Origin: Nemertoderma westbladi
Lineage: Eukaryota > Animalia > Xenacoelomorpha
Length of the DNA: 64,000 nucleotides
Direction of reading: 5' to 3'
Assembly: GCA_032718475.1 (NCBI GenBank)
Contig: JAUCBJ010007824.1
Location: 49,316-113,315 of the forward strand
Shown: positions 51,400 to 64,000 of the stretch, piece by piece
Layout of the letters: every line of letters starts with the position of its first letter
Numbering within the stretch: position 1 is the stretch's first letter
Notes under the pieces: model-generated
The model's input: the letters and a program-made list of their open reading frames with translations, nothing else
What the model was told of the DNA's origin: nothing
Database searches by the model: none
Position numbers and translations under genes: made by a program

Positions 51400-52107
51400 T
51401 ACACGCCATTTAGACCGTTTCCTCATGATTTTTCAAATAACACACCCCGCCACTCGATTAAGGGCACCTTCTTACCCCATATTCAATTGTTTCTAGCCCA
51501 ACAATTTTTTCGCGCACCAACCCTATTAATAGAAAATATAACACAAATACAATCACCTAACAATTTATTTAAACACAAGCAATCTATAATCTAGTATAAT
51601 TAAACAAGAACATAATATATAAAACCACAATAGAATATTTAAAAAGTAGGTAATTTTAAAAATTAAGTAAATTAGGTCCTACTAACTGCGACACCATTCA
51701 AGTGTGGTCTTTAAAGTCAATTCAACATCAAACTTCAAAATTAAGGAATACAGTGGTCACACTTCAACCGTTTATGGGGTGGAGAGCATTACTACAGTAG
51801 TTATTTATTCAAACGTGAAAATTTCAACCATTTCTACCAAAGTACCAAATTTATATATAAGTTTGGTGTATATATTTGACGCGGGTCATCGCCTACGTCA
51901 AACATACCGCTTATTAAACAAAAATTACTCGTATAATACGGAAATGGGCTTTCAAATTCAAGCAGAGAGCATAAAGCGTTTTTAATCAAGGATATATTTT
52001 TATTGCACAATATATTTTAATATTAAATATCAAAATAATTAAACAACCAAACTGTAAAAACGATAAAAATGGAAATACGTTCAATAAAAAACAATAAATT
52101 AAAAACA

Positions 52108-52559
52108 TTAAACAAACGTCTTGTATGAAAGATAATCTTTGAGACATTTTGGCAACGAAAGTTGTTCCAATGATTGGTTAGGCTGCAGTACATGTTTCCT
52201 AGCAACCACACGACACAGATGTTTCAACGATGGCACATCCCTGAGATTTCGATAAAAGTTTAAACAACCGTGAGACGTAAGGGCAACGATATGGTTGGAA
52301 TCGGGAGAGAATAGGGAGTATATACAGGTCTCTAAATGTATGTAGGAAGATGGAACGGACGGATTACTTAAGGTCCAGACGCGGACGTAGTTGTCGGTAG
52401 CGGTTGTAGTTAGTTGGGAACCGTCGCACGAAAAGGAGCAGCCTGTTAGTGCGACGCCGTTGTCGCCGCTGGCCAGCACCGGGCGAGGGGGTGGGAATAG
52501 ATGGCCCAACGAAAGGAGAACCGAGCCGCTGTCTACACTCCATACGATGACCCAGGTAT
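52108..52559 (-). CDS. WSB1: WD repeat and SOCS box-containing protein (WSB1-like), coding exon 2
   Basis: Acceptor TTTAACTAG at 52560; reads DTWVIVWSV..LGHLFPPPRP..WD40..SOCS box VPSLKHLCR..LSLPKCLKDYLSY. The two exons total 1200 nt (399 aa plus stop), in frame. Confidence 0.92.
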
Positions 52560-53216
52560 CTAGTTAAAGAGGTTTTCACATTTCCCTACCGCCTTTGGTA
52601 GTTAGATAGAACCAAAATGAAACACAATTGTATTTTAAAATTTTAGAATTAGTTAACGCTGTTATTATTAGCAATATCGATTTTCGATTATTACCAATGT
52701 AATAAAAATATTTTTAAATTATATATTTATTGGTTACCGGTAATATCGGAAAAAATTTCATTGTAAAATTAAGTTAAGAAATGTGTAAAGCGGCACAAAA
52801 TTGAATTAGAAGCATTTTTGAAGCGTAATGTGGGATCCCTCACCATTTTACATTGCATGTACTATGAATGACCGGCCTAGGTAGCCTTGTAAAAGTAGTA
52901 GTAAAAGCCGGTAACTTTAAAATGAAAATGAAACTTGAAAATCCTTTACTAGGTTACGCCACAAAGATTACGTAAATTATTATTATCAAGAATTAGGTAA
53001 TAACAAAAATATCATTTAATCTTAATTAATTTTAGCCTTTATAGCTATGCCGCAACTATACCAATACTTTGATTACATTAATGGAATAAAAACAAAATAT
53101 TAAACATTTGATGTAAAATTTTATTTTGTAATAAAGCTACAAACATATTTTATATTTATATTTAATATATACCACTACGTTCGTTTGTGTAAAGTAAACT
53201 ACTCAGGTTAGCACTA

Positions 53217-53680
53217 TGTAAAGTGGGTAAGTTGTAATGTAAAGTGAGTATAGTATTGTAAAGTGGGTAAGTAGTAACGTAAAGTGAGTAAGTTAAGTAT
53301 TAACGTGAAGTGGGTAAGTAGTAATGTAAAGGGAGTAAGTAGTAATGTAAAGTGGGGTAGTAGTAAGGTAAAGTGAGTAAGTAGTAATGTAAAGTGAGTA
53401 ATTAGTAATGTAAAGGGAGTAAGTAGTGATGTAAAGTGGGTAAGTAGTAACGTAAAGTAAGTAGTAATGTAAAGTGAGTAAGTAGTAACGTAAAGTGAGT
53501 AAGTAGTAACGTAAGTGAGTATGTAGTAATGTAAAGTGGGTAAGTGGAGTAAGTAGTAATGTAAAGTGGGTAAGTAGTAACGTAAAGTGAGTAAAGTAGT
53601 AACGTAAAGTGAGTAAGTAGTAATGTAAAGTGAGTAAGTAGTAATGTAAAGTGAGTACCGGTAAGTAGTAACGTAAAGTA
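53217..53680. repeat. 21-bp minisatellite (AAGTGAGTAAGTAGTAATGTA, ~22 copies) in the WSB1 intron
   Basis: Directly visible tandem array; it produces the spurious repetitive ORFs 53214-53699 and 53293-53844. Confidence 0.95.
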
Positions 53681-54026
53681 GGTAAAATTCCATTATCAAA
53701 TGTCTTCCGAATCCATAATTTGAAGAAATCGCTAAATTCCAATATAAGGTCTTTCAGTAGGCTTACAGTTTGATAGTACAAGTAGTATATACAGGAGACA
53801 TTAAATTTCTTGGCTTGAAAATTTATAGGAAGGTTTCCCAACAATACATGAAGCTTACACCTAATATCTGGTGTATTTATAATTTAGTACCAAAACATCA
53901 GCAAGAATTGCATCTGATTTTCTATTACTTATTCTATTTTATTATTCAAGTAATAAATTAATAGATCAATGAAATAAAGCAGTGAGTTAAAAAAATTAAC
54001 TAGCAGATAGGGGTATGTGAAATCAC

Positions 54027-54774
54027 CTAATGAAGCAGTAGCTAGGAGACCACCATCAGGGGAGAATGTACAGGCGATTACAGAGTTGTTATGACCAAGA
54101 AGCTGCCGAAAAATTGAATATTTACCAGTTTCGTATAGAGTTACAACGTTACTGGAAGTAACAACTGCCAGGAGGTGCCCTTGTGGGGACCAAGAACACC
54201 CGTGCACTGATCGCGAGGTGTTTATGGTAACTATTAGGTTACCATCATCCTTTAAGTCCCATATCTTAACGGTTGTATCTCGAGACGCAGAGGCCAATAG
54301 AAGACTCCCGTCGGATATAAATTCGAGATTGTGCACCACCTCGTTGTGATCCAACAGAATAAACACGAGTTTTCCGGTTTTAAGATCGAAAACCTTAATT
54401 TTTCCCGATTTCAACCCGCATGCGATTATGCTCGGGTGCTGATTGGGGTTGAATAGCTGGAAGCCTACGTACGAGCTACGCCTCCGCTGTCCTGATACGT
54501 GGGACGCGAAGGCGAGCGAATGTACCGTTTCGTGACAATCGAATTCCATGCAGACGTTATCGTCGGTAGATGAATCTGATCTAGCGATGTGTACCATTTC
54601 TGCGATGGAATTGCCGCAAGGGTAGGCGAAATAGTGACGACGTGAGGGAGAGAATGATCCCGTTATAGGCCTATATGGTTGATTTAGCGAAGGAGAACGG
54701 TTGAATTTGAACTTCCTTTCAGCTTTCAAGGAGACAAGATCAGATAAGGAGCACGAAAAACTTCCAGTATCCAT
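54027..54774 (-). CDS. WSB1: WD repeat and SOCS box-containing protein (WSB1-like), coding exon 1
   Basis: WD40 repeats (LASASRDTTVKIWDLKDDGN, LLGHNNSVIACTFSPDGGLLATASL); GT donor at 54026, phase 1. Confidence 0.92.
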
Positions 54775-57308
54775 GATTTATATCATCGCTAGTATAGGCC
54801 TAGTTACAGGGTTAGTAGGCCTACATCAGTGACAGTGAGCAACAGTCAGACAGTTAGTCTGTCAGACTCAGTACAGCAGTTGTATGTAATCCAAGTCTAT
54901 AGCTGTATAGTAGGCCTACTGTAAAAGGCCTACTAGAAGAAACTGCTACCCGGTAGGCACTAAAACGTTTGGGCCGACTTTGTTAAACAGTGACAACAAG
55001 ACAAAAGGAGTGATAAAAAATGACAAAGTACTTACTTCATGGTGGGGGCATTGCTGCATTGATTGAGGAATATGCAGTTTTGGGGTACCTACAGTACACG
55101 GCCATTTTTTTACCCATCATTTTTTGCGTTTTTTTTGGGTTTTTAAATTACCAGAATATGGTCAAAAACACCCTCTGATTCGGGAACACTTAGAAATTTT
55201 TTTGAGAATTGTCAAAAAGCGTGTTGAATTTCGATACCAATTGGAAAAGTTTTTCAAAAATGTCCAAAAATCAACTGATTAACACAACAAGTATAATTTC
55301 AATTACAATTCAGCAATTAACAGATTAACATTTTGGAATCAAATACATGAAATAGAATGCATGCAATACCAGTAGGCCTACTCCAAATACAATATAACTA
55401 CAAAATTCTATAGATTATTAAATTAGTTAGACAATAGATTAGTAAATACGTGCATTGACATCCTTTAATGTAGCAACAAGTTCATCATGACTGTGGTTGA
55501 CTGCGAGTAACTTAGCGACCTGGAGCCAAGCTACAAGCGGTGGAATCGGTTACTTTCGGTGGTTACAGTTAGTTAAGAACGTGCAGAACTGAATTTTGTT
55601 TCCGCTGGTGTTTCCTTTCGACGATAATGGATGGAAATGTTGACGAAGTGAACGTTTAATTACGGAATGCATACATTCGACGGTTCGTGTGTGTTCCATC
55701 AGCGGTTATAAATTTGGATCCAGCACACTCTGCCACTATGACTGTATGATTTACTACTTTAATTATGAGTCAGATTTTGCTGCCAGAGCTAACTGCATAC
55801 ATTTACCTTGCCGTGTGCATAGTAACTTATTGTATGCATTTTAACATCTTGTTGTTTCACACTATTATTGCATTGCTTTGTTGATGAATATACAGGACCA
55901 GAGATCAAACCAACTCGATTTCCACGCGGTTAGTGCATATTGTGCCCTGTCTGTAATAGATTCGGTTCATTTAGTGCGAGTGTGTGTGTCCATAGTACTG
56001 CAATATTATTCCCCAACTAGTAAATATCATCTACTAACACTATGCATGCAGCACGAGTAAACTGTGCGCTTATCACTCACTGAGTCAACATAGTGTCCTA
56101 CCTGTGATATATATAAGCCATACGTACATCTACTAGCCAACAACACAACATATCGGAACAGTTTACACGTAACTATCGTCCCCCTTTGAAGCAGTTTGTA
56201 AGTGCAGAGGCCTTATACTTACAGTAATTAATTCTACATCTAGAGATAATAATATATATATACCCCCACACTTTCGTGAGTGTTCCTGCTGTGTGGCAGG
56301 TATCCCAAGGCACTTGATAACACTCATAAGAATTACACAAAGACTCGTACGGCGTCTGTAGGTTACCCTCCCGTAAATGCCTTGACAGTAAAATACTATT
56401 TTCAAACACTGCCCCTAAGACAGTGTTCCCCCGTACAATTAATTACATTAACATCTCGAACATCAAGTGTGCTGTGGTAGTGGACTATAATAAAACTGCG
56501 CAGTTTATTATACCCACTTCGCACAGCGGTTTCCGTGTAAGTAAACTACTTCAATTACGTGTCGAACTGGTGTTGTGTTATTTACATATGTTTTTATTTT
56601 ATTTGATGTTGAGAACTGAATGCTTTGTCGACGAATTGTTAAAGGATTTGAAACATTACATTGTCCATGATGTGTAAATTCTCCAAACGTGTTGAGTTGT
56701 TAGACCTACGTTCCCCGCGGGAGGCGTAAATCGTGGGCTGGCGGCACGTGAAGCGTAAAGTTGCAAAACAGGGAGAGCGTTATTGACAAAAGATAATATT
56801 GACAATCCCGCAATTATTTGGTGTGATACTGTAGTTTGGTTTGATGTGTTACAATATTATACTAGCATTTGTGAATTCTGTTGTGCAGTATTGTGTGAAT
56901 GCAATTATTGCAGGTGCATATCCATGCGAATTACTGATTGAGTTGGAGAGTTTACTTGTGTGACTGTGGTTTAATTTATCATTATTAGTTGTACGTTTGC
57001 GAAGTCAGTGGAAGACCAAACCACCCGAGGGAGTGTAAACGGCACACTGCGTGTGAAACGGTTAATTACAAATAAATTACTATATTCATTACCGTATCTT
57101 AATAATTTAGTTAGTATTTGAAAGGTGTGTAACGGACACTATTATCAAAATTTGTTTTACTCTTTCGGTTTTATTTTAAGTAACTAAGTAACCTGGTATT
57201 TTTATTGTTTTACTGTACTTACGCCCTACCTTTGTATTAACTGTTTATCATTATAAACTTGTAACATAGCGTTACAACCCCCAAATATCGTAAGTACGTT
57301 TTATTACC

Positions 57309-57400
57309 AGAGGCGGAAATCCTGGGGGGGAAAGGGGGACATTGTCCCCCCCACTTTTTAGAATCCATGATAATGTCCCCTCCACATTTAGGTAGCACAT
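57309..57400. repeat. Possible hAT-type MITE terminus within the leader of element D
   Basis: CAGAGGCGGAAATCCTGGGGGGG..GGGGGACATTGTCCCCCC; other end not identified. Confidence 0.35.
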
Positions 57401-58930
57401 GTTTTTTCATTCAGTCCAGATTCCACCGGCGGTTGAATTGATCCAATTATCGGTTAAATATCATTATAGCGGTAATTACATGAAACACAGCAAGGTTGGT
57501 TTATTGCCTCTATGTATACTAGCCTCAATGTGAGCAGGGCCTCATTACCGCCTGACTCGGATTGCTATCAGCTGAGATTAACAGGTTGCCAGGCAACGTG
57601 CCAAAACAATACTGTTTAAAGTGGGTATAGCTGCTTTTTTATGTTTACGTTACCGGTACCGTATGGACACACAATTCTGCATACAGCTATATATAAAATA
57701 ATATTTATAAAATATTTTTTATTAATAATTTATTAATTTCAATTAAAGCAAATAATATAATAATTATTCTAGTAAAAAGTCTTGTTCAGCTCAATTAGCT
57801 GAGGCTTCATTCAAGCCCTGTATTATTTAGTTATATTCTGTGATTGGTTTCAGTTTCAGTATTGTACTGTATTTAACTTGGACATAGTTATATTTGATAC
57901 TTATCAAATTAATTTTTATCACATGGATATCAGAAACTTCTTTACAAAGCATTACTACCTACATTATTACCTACGTACAGCAATACTTAATTATTACATC
58001 CTTCTTTAGGCTATTAAACTGTTTATTTAACAGGTAAAAACCGGCCAGATTAACACATATCAATCCTTGTATTTAGTTCAAGGGAATGGACACCCCACGC
58101 CAATTTCATTCTGAACATAACCATTTATTTGGATTACAGGCGACTTCAGACATATATATTTATTTATAACAACATTGTTTGCAGGAATAATCTCAGTAGC
58201 ACTTGTGCTTGGGATTAATAAACACATCTTGCACATTAATCAGGTACCAGTGATTTATTGCGATTCGCAAATTAATCCAACCCCAAGGCGATTCATATCT
58301 CGCCCCACAGCGGCGCACAGTTCTAGACAGCTTGTCGCCAAACGGCTTCGACTCAGACTAAAACTCCTTTGTTTGACCCACCTAGTCGCGACATATAACA
58401 TTCCATTCCCATTATTAGTGCTGCTTACTCCTTCGAGTGTTGAGACCTAATACACCCCCACCACCAATAGTATACAGCAGTGGTTAGACATTCCTTACAC
58501 CCATTGGCTTGTGTAACCTAATTACTTGCCCAGTTTGTGGAATTTAGATCTCACCACTTCCTATTGAACAGTAGCCCATACCGACGTTCTTGAATACCAT
58601 CACTGATTAGACAGTAACGGACGGCATTCACTGGGATCACTGTAGACAGCGACTACTAGCAGAGAAACGAGAATTGCATAAACACTTTTACGATACTTGT
58701 TATTCCCCTTTTATTTAAAGGGTGCTTTTAATTTGTTAGAAATAAAGCCACTAAGCGGGAGCAGAGAACATTGTATCCTTAATAGTAGTCAACTTACCTA
58801 TTCTCTAGGTGGCGCAAATAGAAAACCTTGCTAATGATTAATTATTTACTTTATAGAATAAATACTTAGTTGAAAACCTATTTGTAGCTACCGTACACTA
58901 TTTGTGCAGAGATTACATTGACCTAACATC

Positions 58931-61900
58931 ATGTCAAAATCCGATACTGAGACCGAGCCATTTGTCCAACGTCCACCACCCATAGCTGCCCCTATTACTA
59001 GCATTCCCCCTTTGATTAACCAAGTTGCGCCACCCGTCCCTAGCAAGAAATCTTGGGACAGGTCCCGTATTAGAACTAGACAGTCTACCGGAGGGATTGT
59101 GAATAACACGAACATAGAACCACTTACAACTAGTGTTGTACAAGCTGGGGTAAGTTCACCATCACTATTAGTAATGAATACATCCCCCATTATGTTCGCC
59201 CCCTCACCCAACAGTAATGAGGAATTACATCGCCTGAGCGATAACACCCTTTCTCAGAACATCGCGAATGAAACGATTCCCGTTCACCCGCAAGCCAGAC
59301 TAGCTCACTTGCTGGAGGAAATCGACAGTTACCAGGAAAGAGTAGCAACTGGAACTGTAGCTATTGAACAAGAGGTTTATGGGGAGGAATTGCACTACTT
59401 AATATACTTACATTATGCCCACCCGGAACTCCATAGGTTTTTCCGGTTTAATGACATGACATGGGCAGACCTATATAAGCTAAAGGTTCCTCATGTTCCA
59501 TGCAGCAATGAAGAACTATCCGCTTTGGTTTATGATCACGTAGCCGATTTTAATCAGCGTATAGGAACCCTCACACATGAGCTACAGACTGTACAGTGTA
59601 CAGGGACGAACCAAGCTGCATACTTTAAAGTTAAAGAACTAGTCTGCAGAATCCAGCTAGTTTTATCCACCTTCTGGGAAGTGTCTAGTAGACACCACAA
59701 CGCCGAATTAGCTGCCATAGTTGGCAGGCAGTTAGCAGAAGTAGCTGTGATAGCCGGGAAGGCACTCGCCCTTGAAAGGCTAAATGGGCCGACCATTCCT
59801 CCGGGTGTGGATATAGCCTGTTCCGGTACCGTAGCCCCGCAAGATCTGCGCACAGTCTCGGAAGATTCCGGAGAAGATGAGGGTATGGATGCCATATCAC
59901 GGCACCTATAGCATTACATAGCTATAGTAGGAGAGACTGAACTACGTAGGAGGTTAAAGGGTTTAGCCCCCTCTAGCCCTGAATCAATGGCAGTTCTAGA
60001 AGGAATAGAAACCGAGCGTGACATGCAAGCACAGGCAGAAGGGCATGCAGCTGATAAGGAAATATTAGAAATGGAGTTGCAGTTAAACGCAAACCAGCGG
60101 CATAATGAAATCAGTGAATGCGCCGATGAAATGCAGTTAGAAGCCGAACAGCGGAAGAATGAGCGCTTGGAAGCTGATATAGCTCTACAAAATAAAATAG
60201 CACTAAAAAGATTAAGTGAAAATCAGCTCAAGGAAAAGTTAGGTTCAAACCGAGGATGAGATAGGCCGAATAAAGGGACTTATGCTTTGTCGGATGAAGG
60301 AAACTCCACCAACGCTAGTGAAGGTGGTAGCTACTCTCGGGGCAGACGAAAGAGAGCTGTTAGAGTGGCATTGCCGGACCTGCCTCCATATAATAGAGAC
60401 AGGATGCCCACACAGCAGACGGATTTAGATTATCCGAGACTGCTGGATTCGCGGCCCCCCTGGGTAGGTTACAGGAGGAAGATGTGCCAAACGATCCCGG
60501 GTTCAAGATCTATATAGATCCACAGGAATGGAAGCCACATCAGATGGTTGCGCCCCCATCGTGTGATGTATCAGCCGAGCCAATCGACCCAGTAGTAGTT
60601 CTCCACTCGACCATAGTAACAACCCCTTACCGCGATAGAGATTTTATACCACCAATAGGGGCCCCACCTATAAATAAACAGATACTCAGGGAAGCCCCCC
60701 TCTAAAACCCTATATCTCGTACGGATTGCCTAGAATGCCCCAAGCCTAACTACTTGTCTAGCACCTTAGCCAGGATGAAAGAGTGTCGTTTGGCGCCGAA
60801 ATATCCCCAATCACGAAAGTGGAATATATTATAGCCAACAGGACAGGCAGGATGGCAGGCACCTGGCTCCCGGATCGACCCCCTTGGCCGCGACGACGCC
60901 GGTGGTAGTGGGGACCTGGCATCCGGGGCCAGGAACACCGTTGTCATCCGGCGGGCAGGCATCAGTCCCCAATAACGGGCAGGGGAAGACCTACCCCCAA
61001 GGTGGTGTCAGGTTTGCGCCAGACACCCCCAATTGAGGTGTTTCCCCGAGGTGATCCCATTACACCTTTAGAGGCCTATGCACCCCCGTTAAACCCCAAC
61101 CTACATAACACCCACCATCATGTGCCAGAAATCAGACAACCCAGACAACGACGATTAACGGGAAATCATTGATTCTTTGTTACAAAGAAATGATGACATA
61201 GAGCAACAAATAGCCTTAATGCAAGACCATATCACTCTAACAAATAGGAAAACAGACTCGCAAGCAGCATCACAGGGTGTAAAAATCATAAAACGTGCCT
61301 CAGATGTGAGTGGCATTCATGCCGAAAATACGGCACATCAGAACAACCAAAGCTCACATCTAACCGAAATTCTGTTAAATTCTTCGGCAGTCCAAGCCGA
61401 CCTAACCAGACAAATGGCTAGGAATGAAGCCAGACAGTGCGTCTCCTCAGGTCAAATCTTAAAGTTTGATGGCGACGAACTGAAGTGGCTACCTTTTGCA
61501 GAATTCTGTAAGGATAGCATTCTAGAGTCTCCATTAAGTGAACGTGAGAAGCTTAGGTATTTAATCAGCTGTCTGGAGGGACCTCCAAAACCGATGGCCG
61601 CAAAATATGTGGGCCATGTAGACGGTATTAATACCGTTTGGGATACTCTAAAAAAGCGATATGGCAACGAAGAAAGTTTGGCACGTAATATGTATGACAG
61701 ATTGATCTCCAAGAACAGATCCACTCAAAACGGGATCATAGAGTTTAGAGATGAGGTGGGGGAAATTTGTCGCCAACTTGATTGGCTTGGACAGAAACAG
61801 GTCTATGATACTATTATGACGATCCAGTTTGTTTCCAGTGCGTTGCCAAAGGGCTCCACGGGAACTAGATGGGATAGATATACTTATAATTATAAGCTTA

Positions 61901-64000
61901 AGCATGGATGCTTCCCCGACATGGACTCGTTCAGGAGTTTCTTGGAGGCCGAAACCTCTACTTATCTTATCACCATGAACCGGGAAAAGAGCACCCGTTC
62001 CGACGCAAAGAGCACCGATAAGGTGGCAATCAAAAAGCGATATGCCTACGTCACTAACTATGAGGAGTGTCCCTCTGACCGCTCTGGTTCAGATACAGAG
62101 GGGTGTGAGAGTGTATACTATAATGACGCAAACTCTCAAAGTGAAAACAAACGCAGTGGTCAAGGTAAATTTAACAGGAGGACCCCTCCCCCTAAGGCCG
62201 TTAGCGCCCCAAAGAAAGATAATCGTAAATCAGTCACGAAAACTTATAATACAATCACGGCCGGCAATACCGAACCTAAGTGCCCTCTTTGCAAAACAGA
62301 CTCACATCCGCTTGCGAAATGCAATGCCTTCTTAAAGAAGACACTAAAGGAGAGACGACAGATGGTTTTAGACTTGTCGACATGCTTTTTGTGTCTTAGA
62401 CCAGAACATTTGCGACGTAAGTGTAGATTAGTAAACGTAAAAACATGTCCAGAATGTCAAGGCTCCCATCACCCTTTACTGCAACTAGACTGGAACCCAA
62501 AGGAAGAACCAGACCAACGTGTACATTTCACCGACTACAAGACAGACTTATCTGATGAGGGACCAGATGCATTCCTCCCTGGTGAGTTTTCTGACGACGA
62601 TGAGTGTTGCAACCATGTCATTTACCTATGAGGAAGCTGCGTCGGATGATTGTTTTAAAACAGAAAGTAATCCCAACACCCGGCTATTTCAAGATATCGG
62701 AGTCCGAGAGTTTCCAGTACTCCAAGTCCGGCTCCACACGGGAGACAACAGCATCATAGTCAATGCTCTAATGGACACCGGAAGTATGGGCACCTTCATA
62801 GACGCAAAGTTAGCAGAATCCTTGTTCGTCAGGGAACAGGGATACGACATGAAACTAACGCTGTCTGGGATAATGAAACGCTGGCAACCCACAATTGAGA
62901 CAAAGTACTATAAGGCATCCCTATCTACCCCACAGGACACCAGTGGCCGAGACAGGGTCTCCAACATTAAGATGGTTGTCATCCGGAACTTTGCAAAACG
63001 TCAGGCCAAGGCCTACGACTGGGATGACGACGCCCTTGTACACAGCCATAACATTCCCCGTTTCAACCCAGACTATCCAGGCGTACAAATGCTGATAGGT
63101 CAAAATGTTCCCGAGGCTTTAGAAATTCTGGAAAAACGACCCAGATGCGATCCAGATCGTCCAGATCCGATGGAACCAATGCCAGCCTACACCTGTCGAA
63201 CGAGAGTGGGATGGTTCTGTACCGACCCTTCACAAAAAACCCTGTTAGAATGGAAATGACCGACGAAAGCAGACACCGACACTTGTAATCTAGTGACCCA
63301 CCTTTGTAACGAAACTATGGAGACTGAAGAGGACACACTGACTACCCCCGACCAAACGGACAGTGACAGTGATGCACCCCTGTCCTCAGACCAAGACTGT
63401 TTTCTTACACGATACAGTGAACCCGACATAATGTCCCCAATGACTGACCAAGAATCACTCGACTCCCAATTAGAATTGTGTAACTTACTACACACACCCC
63501 CTGACCTGCAACAAGAACTAAATGAGCTTGAGGAAGCTAGACATATCTTAAAGCTCAAAGAGCACACCATCGTGTGGATGCAGCAGGAAGCTTTCGAACC
63601 AAATTCCAACAAAAAAGCATTGTCAGTGGAAGAGGAGCGAGCGAAACAGATTCAGAGAACCACCACTAGGTTTCTGCCGGAACAAGGCAAATACGAAGTT
63701 GGGCTTCTCTGGAGGTCCCCTCAACCTAAACTATTTAATAACGAGACACTCGAGTATAAACACATTTTACAACTGGAAAGGTGTCTCACCGCCAACCCCA
63801 CAGCTCTTGAGTTATACAAGGAGCAAATGATTAAGTTCATAACTAAGGGATACGCAGAACTAGTCCCGCTAGACGCCCCCCAGACTGACTGCACATACTA
63901 CCTTATTCATCATTACATTGAATGGGAAGACAAACCAGTATGACCATTCAAGCGTTAGGTATCATTTCCAGTCCGTCCAACTCATGTTCAGTGTTACACC
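58931..64000 (+). pseudogene. gag-pol: Decayed Bel/Pao gag-protease-RT start of element D
   Basis: TRQMARNEARQ, KFDGDELKWLPF, GIIEFRDEVGEICRQLDWLG, CPLC..H....C / CFLC..H....C / CPEC..HH knuckles, ALMDTGSMGTFI protease, KALSVEEERAKQIQ. All align to copy B; multiple stops. Confidence 0.93.

Larger units (their letters stand above)
55469..64000 (+). mobile_element. Bel/Pao LTR retrotransposon D (diverged relative of A/B), runs off the window; 5' boundary tentative
   Basis: Gag-pol homologous to A/B from 58931. TGTAGCAAC at 55469 with a composition shift is only a candidate LTR start, since no second LTR is in the window. Confidence 0.7.

Noticed and set aside
53214-53844. Repetitive Leu/Thr/Tyr/His ORFs
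   Set aside because: Translations of the 21-bp intronic minisatellite.

Overview
AT-rich animal (invertebrate-like) genomic DNA dominated by transposable elements. Four Bel/Pao (Belpaoviridae) LTR retrotransposons lie on the + strand. A (3617-15803) is internally deleted with a truncated 3' LTR. B (18444-34071) is near full length, with 1175-bp LTRs and a TGCAC target-site duplication, and belongs to the same family as A. C (~40.4-50.6 kb) is a different family and is 5'-truncated. D (~55.5 kb to window end) is a diverged relative of A/B. All four are decayed. Several non-LTR (LINE) fragments, MITE-like inverted repeats and minisatellites lie between them. One intact two-exon host gene is present, a WSB1-like WD40/SOCS-box protein (minus strand, 399 aa). 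Most notable: (1) element C carries, in the env position, a ~2.7-kb cargo reading frame resembling a WRN/EXD-type DEDDy 3'-5' exonuclease followed by tandem CCHC zinc knuckles; (2) family A/B has no tRNA-type primer-binding site; the 11 nt after the 5' LTR are exactly complementary to an 11-mer inside the LTR, suggesting Tf1-like self-priming; (3) family A/B carries its own unrelated non-env third ORF. All calls were made by eye; no database searches were run.
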